From a virus (Duplodnaviria; Caudoviricetes), in IMG/VR virus record IMGVR_UViG_3300027071_000001, positions 1 through 53,409 of that record: a DNA stretch of 53,409 nt. One strand, 5' to 3'. The notes under the pieces are model-generated. The model was not told the origin of the DNA, made no database searches, and saw only the letters and a program-made list of their open reading frames with translations. Both the position numbers and the translations under genes were made by a program. Shown piece by piece: positions 46,404-53,409 of the stretch. Within the stretch, counting starts at the first letter, position 1. Every line of letters starts with the position of its first letter.

Positions 46404-47344
46404 TGCCACGTTACCAACAAGCCACGACTTTCGACTTTGTACGGTCGGTGAAGAATACACAGGGAGATGTTAGGCAGCTTCAGGTCCTAAGTCCTGCGAT
46501 GGTCAGGAAGACTATCAACCAGGTCGCTGCGTCTCTGAATGCGAATCCGTACTTCTGGGGTGGCGATTCGTCAGGCTGGAATGGCCTCAATGGTAGCCTT
46601 ACGGTGGTCAGTGATCCTCCTGTTCCGTCACCTTACCCTTACGCAGCTCTCTTTACCATTGCAACCGCTGGCGTCGGCGCTGCTCTGGAACAGTCGGGCA
46701 TGTCGTTCCTCGTCATCCCTTCTCAGCAGTACCTCGTTTCTGCCTGGGTAAACACTCCTACTACTAGCTGCGTGACTGGTGTCGATTGGCTAGACTCTAC
46801 GCATACCTACATATCAACGAGCACTACGCCTGTCTCCGTAGCACCTAATACTTGGACTCAAGTCTCTGCTTCCGTAGTCGCACCCTCTAACGCTGCCTTC
46901 GCCTATCCACGACTCGCACCATCCGATGGCGTAGGCAACTACATCTATGCTACTGCGATCACGACACAGCTGACAACGCAAGGACTCATTCAGGGACCAG
47001 CAGACACTTGGCATGCCGTTTCCCTGCCCGGTACCGGTGGCTTCAGCGGAACTGCTAGAGTCAAGCTGCTACCTACTCCGAACTTCGCCGTGCTAGATGT
47101 AGCGGTTAGGTGGACTAATACCGCTGGCGCAACGTTCAGCTTCGGCAACCTTCCGTCAGCAGCCTATTACCCGCTGACGAATCGCCACTTGGCGGTAGGA
47201 GTTGGAGACACGCCCACGTCGGCGGTCCCTAGTGCTATTACTATACCGACATCGGGGCCGGTTCAGATATTCTGTGCAGTTAGCAGTGCGGGAAGTGGCT
47301 CGTCTGACTGGTACGGTGGAACCTACGTGTATCCGCTCGACTAG
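46403..47344 (+). CDS. receptor-binding/tail protein with CBM-like domain
   Basis: LNANP.F..D.SGW...Y.VSAWV...WTQVS..V.AP.NA. Confidence 0.7.
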   Translation: MPRYQQATTFDFVRSVKNTQGDVRQLQVLSPAMVRKTINQVAASLNANPYFWGGDSSGWNGLNGSLTVVSDPPVPSPYPYAALFTIATAGVGAALEQSGMSFLVIPSQQYLVSAWVNTPTTSCVTGVDWLDSTHTYISTSTTPVSVAPNTWTQVSASVVAPSNAAFAYPRLAPSDGVGNYIYATAITTQLTTQGLIQGPADTWHAVSLPGTGGFSGTARVKLLPTPNFAVLDVAVRWTNTAGATFSFGNLPSAAYYPLTNRHLAVGVGDTPTSAVPSAITIPTSGPVQIFCAVSSAGSGSSDWYGGTYVYPLD

Positions 47345-47352
47345 GGGGACTG

Positions 47353-47487
47353 ATGGTACAGCTAGACGTTGAGAATGGGAAGGATAGATTCAACCGCATT
47401 CTTGTACGGATGATTCTGATTGGCTGGTTTACGCTGCAGCTGGCCATCATTGCCTTTGTCATCGCCGAGACGATACGAATAGCATAG
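47353..47487 (+). CDS. 44-aa single-TM protein (holin-like)
   Basis: MVQLDVENGKDRFNRILVRMILIGWFTLQLAIIAFVIAETIRIA; upstream of lysin. Confidence 0.5.
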   Translation: MVQLDVENGKDRFNRILVRMILIGWFTLQLAIIAFVIAETIRIA

Positions 47488-47496
47488 GAGGCGGAT

Positions 47497-47763
47497 ATGC
47501 CTATAGGAGATAGGATCAGAAGGTGGAGAGACGGCGGTCGTAGGAGGCTTGTTCGTGATGGTGACGAGTTCACCATAGACGAAGAGGACCGTGACGAGAT
47601 TGAACTCGAACTGCCGGAGCGGCGGCCAGAGCCACCAATGGACGTTCAAGGCGAGCCGTGGGGCTGGACGAAACCGGGCGATCGGCCGAAGGGTTGGCCA
47701 GGTCCGGATCATCCTAAAGACGAGCCGGGTCCGTACGACGGTAGCTGGGAGCCTAGCCGATGA
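47497..47763 (+). CDS. Pro/acidic hypothetical protein
   Basis: AGGAGG SD; ATGA overlap with lysin. Confidence 0.55.
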   Translation: MPIGDRIRRWRDGGRRRLVRDGDEFTIDEEDRDEIELELPERRPEPPMDVQGEPWGWTKPGDRPKGWPGPDHPKDEPGPYDGSWEPSR

Positions 47764-48572
47764 GCCTGACGCGTGTATGGACACCGACAAGTAACTACTC
47801 AAGCGGTGGACAGAAGCGACTGCTCTGTATCCACAGCATGGAAGGCTTCACTGGAGCCAATGGCGCATATGACTGCGCGAAGTACTTCCAGGGCGATGTC
47901 GGTGCAAGCTCGCAGGTCTGCATTGACAACAACCGGGGCAAGATCTGGGAGTGTGTCGATCGCGGCTACGGCTCGTGGACGCAATGCCAGTACAACTCCG
48001 TATCAGTGAGCATGGAGCAATCCGGCTACGCTTCGTGGTCTCGAGACTACTGGCTGACCAACCGTTCCAATCAGCTCCACAACGTAGCCGACTGGATAGC
48101 CGAGGAATCAAGAAAGCTCGGTATTCCGATAAAGAGGCTGAGCGCCAGCGAAGCGCAGGGCGGAAGCTGGGGCATATGCAGCCATTCCGACCTCGGTCCG
48201 CAGGGCTGCGGTCACGGCGATCCTGGCGCAGGTTGGCCGTGGGACGTCGTTCTAGATTGGGCTAAGGGCGGAAGCTCTGCTACAGGAGGAGAGTTCATGG
48301 CAGCTAGTACAGCTGATGGCGCAGGGCGTCTCTGGCACGCGTGTATCTGGACAGATGGCAAGGTCAACGTCAAGCCTCCAGACCAGCCTTGGAGGGCCGT
48401 TGACATGAGTCAGTCAGGTGCGAAGGGCGGCGCCGACATCAGCTACGTGCCGAAGGACGACATGATCGTCATCACGTACATCAACGGGGCTGGTAACGTA
48501 TGCACGTATCACCAGCCCGCTACAGGCGGCGGGTTCACCTTCACCAATCGCGGCGGAGAAGCAAAGGGCTAG
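47760..48572 (+). CDS. endolysin, N-acetylmuramoyl-L-alanine amidase
   Basis: CIHSME, SSQ, WT..YN..S.SME, SHSD...HGDPG. Confidence 0.88.
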   Translation: MSLTRVWTPTSNYSSGGQKRLLCIHSMEGFTGANGAYDCAKYFQGDVGASSQVCIDNNRGKIWECVDRGYGSWTQCQYNSVSVSMEQSGYASWSRDYWLTNRSNQLHNVADWIAEESRKLGIPIKRLSASEAQGGSWGICSHSDLGPQGCGHGDPGAGWPWDVVLDWAKGGSSATGGEFMAASTADGAGRLWHACIWTDGKVNVKPPDQPWRAVDMSQSGAKGGADISYVPKDDMIVITYINGAGNVCTYHQPATGGGFTFTNRGGEAKG

Positions 48573-48588
48573 GAGAAAGGGAAGAGCA

Positions 48589-48953
48589 ATGGCAAAGGGA
48601 TTCGAATCATCCGCGCCGGAGGCTCCGAGGCAGGGTCAGAACGTACCTGTTCTCGGATACACGGACAACGAGAACCAGGGCGTAAGCGTCGTGTTGGCGC
48701 CATGCTCGTACTGCTCCGCAGCGGTCGAGGAGGGAGTCAATATGGATGCTCACGTCGGCTGGCACGCGGCGCAAGAGGGAAGCGGGCCGAAGAAGTAATG
48801 GCTGCTGTCAACGTGGAGCTAGGGCCTTTCGATGACCTGGAGAAGGCCGCGAAGGTCGCAGACGACATCAGGAACCTTGGTAGCATCAGCTATACCGATG
48901 CCTCCGGCTCTACAGTCAACGTGACAGTTGGTGATGTCACAGTCGAGAACTAA
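48589..48953 (+). CDS. two small hypothetical proteins (48589-48798, 48798-48953)
   Basis: SD and TAATG coupling; end of rightward arm. Confidence 0.5.
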
Positions 48954-48970
48954 TGCCTCCCTCGAGGAGG

Positions 48971-49204
48971 TTAGCTCCTAGCCGGGTCTCCGTCGCTGAG
49001 TCCGCCGCCAGCGTCGTCCCTCGAGGCCCGGCTAGGGTTTTCCCCCAAGTACCATACATGCCCGCACTGTACGTGCTTGATACTGATGAAGCCTGGGTTG
49101 TCTGTGTCGTACGTGACTATTGACCCCTCGAACTTCGCTCTCCTGAGGTTTGGCCAATAGCCGCATGCCTTGCACGGGCGATCAGCCTGATACGTCTTGA
49201 TCAT
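48971..49204 (-). CDS. zinc-ribbon protein
   Basis: CKACG...HVQCGHVW; ATGA overlap. Confidence 0.55.
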   Translation of the reverse strand: MIKTYQADRPCKACGYWPNLRRAKFEGSIVTYDTDNPGFISIKHVQCGHVWYLGENPSRASRDDAGGGLSDGDPARS

Positions 49205-49713
49205 TCCGCTTCGAGCTCCTTCAGTGTGATGAGGATGTTCTCTCGAACGGCTTGAAGAACTCGATCCGCCTTGAAGACGAGGTGGTAGACTAGGTGACGT
49301 AGAGCAGCGTTGGCATCCTTCCACTGCTTGAGAGGAACGCATAGGATAGCGAGCCTACGCAGCTTCGCGTCCGTAGCCCAGCCGAAGGCTTGGTCGGCTC
49401 CTTGCCACATCAGTACGACTTCTGGATTCATCGCTACGTACAGTTTGAGGATGCCGATGTACTCCCTGGACATGAGCTTGGCGAACTCGTTGCCCCGGTT
49501 GTCGAACCGCTCACCGACGATGACGTCCGGGCGCTCCCGTGCCAGGAACATCCACAGGAGCTTGTGATGCTCTTCGTTACCGCCGAGTTGACCTTGTTTG
49601 ACGTGGTCTCGGAAGAAGAGCACGTTCGACGTGTCGATGATTACAGCTTCCGTGTCTAGTTCGAAGATGGCCCAACCAGTGGTGCCTCCTGGATCGAATG
49701 CCACCACTTTCAT
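49201..49713 (-). CDS. RuvC-like Holliday junction resolvase
   Basis: VVAFDPGGTTGWA, VGERF, DANAALRH. Confidence 0.75.
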   Translation of the reverse strand: MKVVAFDPGGTTGWAIFELDTEAVIIDTSNVLFFRDHVKQGQLGGNEEHHKLLWMFLARERPDVIVGERFDNRGNEFAKLMSREYIGILKLYVAMNPEVVLMWQGADQAFGWATDAKLRRLAILCVPLKQWKDANAALRHLVYHLVFKADRVLQAVRENILITLKELEAE

Positions 49714-49861
49714 CTTTGTCTCCTTGCGGTCTGAGCTTAAGTCTCTTTGCGTCTAAACTAGGAATTTTCTCAGCTTAATTAGCTTGCGAGAGTGCTGGAA
49801 AACCCACCTTAGACTTTAAGAGAACACGGTCTAAGCGCAGTCTTTAATTGACTTCAAAAAT

Positions 49862-50416
49862 TCAAAATGATAGACGTTCACAAGGAACCTCCGTTTTGTC
49901 TAACCTAGAACGACCGTACCTGTGCTTGTACATGTAGTTGCGTTGGTAGGTGTAGTCTTTCCTCTTTCTCCTTCTCCAGCTAGAAGGGATCCTGCCATAC
50001 CAATACCCGAGCGGGTATACTACCCCTCTCATGTAGTGCAGTGCACGTTGCGGATCCTCTAGGTAGACTGCTGCCAGGTCCAGCAGCTGCTTGGAGTCAC
50101 GGAAGGATCCTAGACCGAGATTGCAGTTGTGACATAGTAGGCCTCGAAACTCTCCCGTTATGTGATCATGGTCGTAGTGGAAAGCACGTCCATCAACTGC
50201 TGGTTCCTCTCGGCAGATAGCACATACGCCACCCTGCATCGCTAGCGTCTGCTCATAAGGATACTCCCTCTTGATCTGCTGCAGAGTCTGCTGGTGCCAC
50301 TTTCTACAGTCCCAGCAGTAGCCGCTAGCGTAGCCGCCCTGCGTTACATATACGGGAGCAGTGCCGCAGCGAGCGCACAGGCCATTAGCCATCTGCGCCT
50401 CGCATAGGCCCTGCAT
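49862..50416 (-). CDS. endonuclease VII-family nuclease
   Basis: QGGVCAIC, DHDHITGEFRGLLCHNCNLGLG. Confidence 0.9.
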   Translation of the reverse strand: MQGLCEAQMANGLCARCGTAPVYVTQGGYASGYCWDCRKWHQQTLQQIKREYPYEQTLAMQGGVCAICREEPAVDGRAFHYDHDHITGEFRGLLCHNCNLGLGSFRDSKQLLDLAAVYLEDPQRALHYMRGVVYPLGYWYGRIPSSWRRRKRKDYTYQRNYMYKHRYGRSRLDKTEVPCERLSF

Positions 50417-50684
50417 AGTACCCTCGGTAATCGCATGGCCAGTTGAGTGCTTCCAGAACGTTGTCTGGAGGCTCTGGTAGCAGTTCCCAGCTCGACATGC
50501 CAGCTACCGACTGCTCCGACTTGGTCCAGGACTGCATGTAAGTCCTGTCAAAGTAGTGGTTGCCTGGACGCATAACGTAGCAGTGGATGGTCGCCCACCT
50601 CCCGCCTGCGTCGACTACATCTATATGGATGTAGATGTTACGATCCTTATACCACTCGTCCGCTTGCGGTGCATCATTTGGCAT
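50385..50684 (-). CDS. hypothetical protein
   Basis: Overlap-coupled ORF. Confidence 0.55.
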   Translation of the reverse strand: MPNDAPQADEWYKDRNIYIHIDVVDAGGRWATIHCYVMRPGNHYFDRTYMQSWTKSEQSVAGMSSWELLPEPPDNVLEALNWPCDYRGYYAGPMRGADG

Positions 50685-50997
50685 TTGCGATCAGCTTCCT
50701 AAGCGCGTCCGCCTCAGCCTGAAGCTCTTCTATACGCGCTTCCAGTATGGCAAGTCGGGCCTGTGGAGATTTGCGGTCTCCCCGGGTCCGGAGCTCCAAG
50801 TTGTCGGGGCTTAGGTTACCTCGGTCGTTGTCTATGAACTTGACGAACTCGCCCTTCTCGAGTCGACGTCCTAGCTTCTCCTCCATAACGAGAACGTGGG
50901 TGGCTACGAAGCCACGTTCATCGTCGACCTTGGTATGGTGGTAACCGTTTTGGTTGGTAAATGTAGCGCCGACAGGCGCCGCTTGTCCTCTAGGAAT
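50674..50997 (-). CDS. degenerate HNH-type protein, probable ATT start
   Basis: NQNGY..TK...H.LVMEEKLGRRL..GEFV...DNL; in-frame stop at 51007-51009. Confidence 0.6.
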   Translation of the reverse strand: MPRGQAAPVGATFTNQNGYHHTKVDDERGFVATHVLVMEEKLGRRLEKGEFVKFIDNDRGNLSPDNLELRTRGDRKSPQARLAILEARIEELQAEADALRKLIANAK

Positions 50998-51324
50998 GAT
51001 GCCCCCTCATGTTGCCGACGCCCCAGGAGCTGTCGGGATGGGCTACGACTACGACGTCCATGCGGAATGGAGTCGTGGCGATTAGCTCTGCTGCTCTTTC
51101 CAGACAGGACTTGCAGAGTGTCTCTGATGCACCGTTGATCTCATTGTCGCAGCTGGAGCATGTCTTGTCACCCTTTGGGCGGAATCCCTTATGCATTACA
51201 GACGTCCCTTCACGACTGCTAGCACTATGAAGAGTATGAACAGCAGTATTGCTATATCCCATAGAACGGCAGCCAGAGGATCGAAGTAGTAGTGCGCCCT
51301 GATTATCTCCTTTATCCACCTCAC
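50990..51324 (-). CDS. two small genes: Zn-finger 50990-51196 and membrane protein 51196-51324
   Basis: CSSC..CKSC; MRWIKEII...ILLFILFIVLAVV. Confidence 0.55.
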
Positions 51325-53409
51325 AGTTGACCCCAATCTGTTCCTGTTGTGATGTCGACGTCAATGTTCACGTAGTCTCCCACGACTTGTTGTCCGGACT
51401 TGATCATGTAGTACCTGAGTATGTCTGAGACCTCGTCTACTCGGTCACGATGGCACTCGGCCATGATGTTGTCGTGAACAATGTTACGAACGTATGCTAT
51501 GCCCTTGAGCGCTGGTCTTGCCCAGGTGAAAGCCTGCATACATGTGTCCGAAGCGATCGACTGCGGCAAGAACGCCAAGGCCTCGTTCAGTATCTCGTGC
51601 TTGTTCTCTTTGGTAATGAGCCAGAACCTACGATGCCTACCGAACGGCGTCACGAGGTCTTCGCCGTGGAGTACGGCTCTACGTGTCTGCTCGCGGAACT
51701 CGACGATGTTAGGTATGACCGAGAAGAAGGCGCGCATAGCGCGTTGTGCCTCGGCTAGAGACATGCCGTGCTCGTCGGCGATAGACTTGGCTTCGCGTCC
51801 GTAGCCTAGGCCGTAGAAGTATGCCTTGACACGGATGCGTAGTTCCTTCATCTGGTACTTGTCGAGGTGTGAGGTGTCGCCGTAGAGGACGGGCGTTAGC
51901 TCGTCGAACAGGTCTCTCGTCGGATCGTTGAAAATGTCACGCAGGTAGTCCTCCTTGGCGAGCCAAGTCAGGACTCGAGCCTCAATCTGCTTATAGTCCG
52001 CGTTGACGAAGACATTGTCACGATGTACAGGCACGAACTGCTTCCGTAGGCGCCAGCCTCGGGTGATGTTCTGAAGGTTAGGGTTACGACAAGAAGGACG
52101 ACCAGTTGTGGTTCCATGTAGTAGAAAGGTAGGAAAGACACGGCCTTTATAGACGCGTGAACGTATACCTTTGACGTACGTGCCATATGACTTCGCATCC
52201 AGTCTATGTTCTGCTAGTGCCGTCAGGAAGTCGTAGTACTCTCCCCACGGCTCCTTGCACTGCTCGATGAGCGAGACTATGACCTCTTTGTCCGTGCAGG
52301 GTCGCCATTCTCCTTGCTGATTCCTCTTCCTCGGCACCTTGATACCGAATCGATGCGTTAGTACTTCGACTATCTGCATCGGCGAGTTAGGGTTGAAGTC
52401 TCGTCGGCGAGACGTGATCTGCATATCGCGTCGTAGCACCTCGAGGCGTCGCATATAGAAGTCGGCAAGCTCGTCGTTGTACTTGAGGTCGACGCCGATG
52501 CCATTCAGCTCGATGTACATGATCTCGTTCGATGCACGAACTAGGAAGTCGTGCAAGGCTCGAAGCTCAGGCTGCTTCGCCATCAGTTGTGTGAACAGTT
52601 CATACAGCGCATAAGTTGCTGCACAGTCGTATGCGTTGTATCGGTAAAGAACGTCTCGAGGAATGGAGCCGTAGCCTTTGCCTGGACTCAGGTACCTCTT
52701 GATCTCGTCGTCGTAACGGGGGGTTCCCAGAAGCTCGACGGCGTTATACTTGAGGCCGTGGATTCCTCGTCGCTCGTCGAGACAGTAGGAAGCGAGCATT
52801 GTATCGAACCAAAGCCGTATTGCTCCGACACGGTGGAATAGGCCTTCAAGATCGAACTTGCCGTTCTGAGCAATGATACGATTGTGTGCTCGCAGATACC
52901 TACCAAGTTCTGCGAGTACAGTAGCGTCCCCAACGGCATGCTCTCCGAACACACAAACCTTTCCTGGTGCGTATCCGATACCCACGCAGAGAAGGTGATG
53001 ACGGGATGCATGTCCGTAGCTGACGTCCTTGTCAATGTCACTTTCAATGTCAACAGTGACAGGACTTGACGGTAGCTCGGAGAGTGCCAGAAGAGCTCTG
53101 TAGCGATCGTCGACAACAACAACCTGAGGTTCCGTCCAGGCATTGTTGGGCCTCACCAGCTTTCCGAAGTCGTTTACTATCGAGGGGAAGAACCCGTCCC
53201 CCTTCGGCCTGAGGCAGGCGGCTGGGTGAAAGGTCGGTATGACCTCCAGACCAAGCTCCGGTACGGTCCTTGGAGGCCCAACACGAAGTCTTGTGATACC
53301 ATCCTTAGTTCCCATGAGCGATCGGGCCGCAGAGTTACCAAGTGCGACGACGGCCCTAGTTTCTCTTTCTGCTAGTTCTGATAGCAGTCGTGGTCTACAG
53401 CAGTGGATT
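51321..53409 (-). CDS. polA: family A DNA polymerase (5' part off the right end)
   Basis: End of UDG domain (VVALGN, PTFHPAA), exonuclease DIES/QNGKFD/YNAYD, TGRPS..PNLQNI, DYKQIEAR, K...YG..YG, VHD. Confidence 0.95.
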   Translation of the reverse strand, partial: IHCCRPRLLSELAERETRAVVALGNSAARSLMGTKDGITRLRVGPPRTVPELGLEVIPTFHPAACLRPKGDGFFPSIVNDFGKLVRPNNAWTEPQVVVVDDRYRALLALSELPSSPVTVDIESDIDKDVSYGHASRHHLLCVGIGYAPGKVCVFGEHAVGDATVLAELGRYLRAHNRIIAQNGKFDLEGLFHRVGAIRLWFDTMLASYCLDERRGIHGLKYNAVELLGTPRYDDEIKRYLSPGKGYGSIPRDVLYRYNAYDCAATYALYELFTQLMAKQPELRALHDFLVRASNEIMYIELNGIGVDLKYNDELADFYMRRLEVLRRDMQITSRRRDFNPNSPMQIVEVLTHRFGIKVPRKRNQQGEWRPCTDKEVIVSLIEQCKEPWGEYYDFLTALAEHRLDAKSYGTYVKGIRSRVYKGRVFPTFLLHGTTTGRPSCRNPNLQNITRGWRLRKQFVPVHRDNVFVNADYKQIEARVLTWLAKEDYLRDIFNDPTRDLFDELTPVLYGDTSHLDKYQMKELRIRVKAYFYGLGYGREAKSIADEHGMSLAEAQRAMRAFFSVIPNIVEFREQTRRAVLHGEDLVTPFGRHRRFWLITKENKHEILNEALAFLPQSIASDTCMQAFTWARPALKGIAYVRNIVHDNIMAECHRDRVDEVSDILRYYMIKSGQQVVGDYVNIDVDITTGTDWGQL

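Noticed and set aside
155-53143. Numerous opposite-strand and alternate-frame ORFs in the track
   Set aside because: Shadow ORFs of high-GC genes with no motifs or SD
1-53409. Exact terminal direct repeat
   Set aside because: The ends match only at protein level, so the contig cannot be simply circularised

Overview
A near-complete, circularly permuted genome of a high-GC tailed phage (siphovirus gene order), probably lytic and infecting an actinobacterium; no integrase, repressor cassette or tRNA was seen. The minus-strand arm (1-23.8 kb and 49-53.4 kb) encodes a UDG-fused family A DNA polymerase split across the window ends. It also carries a 7-deazaguanine (preQ0) DNA-modification cluster (queC, queD, queE, folE, TGT/DpdA-like) interrupted by two LAGLIDADG genes, a primase-helicase, SSB, Sak4-like ATPase, Cas4-like exonuclease, SNF2 helicase, RuvC, HNH/EndoVII genes and many small early genes. 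The plus-strand arm (24-49 kb) holds terminase, Mu-like portal, a fibre-like gene block, protease/scaffold, a third LAGLIDADG gene, major capsid, tail genes and an amidase endolysin. The most notable observations are: a histone-like basic protein whose N-terminus copies the major capsid N-terminus; the extended preQ0 cluster wired to the polymerase; homing endonucleases sitting exactly on start codons; a structured non-coding segment at 15.6-15.9 kb; three secreted proteins; and a three-member paralogous HTH family. All calls are by eye from motifs and synteny; no searches were run.
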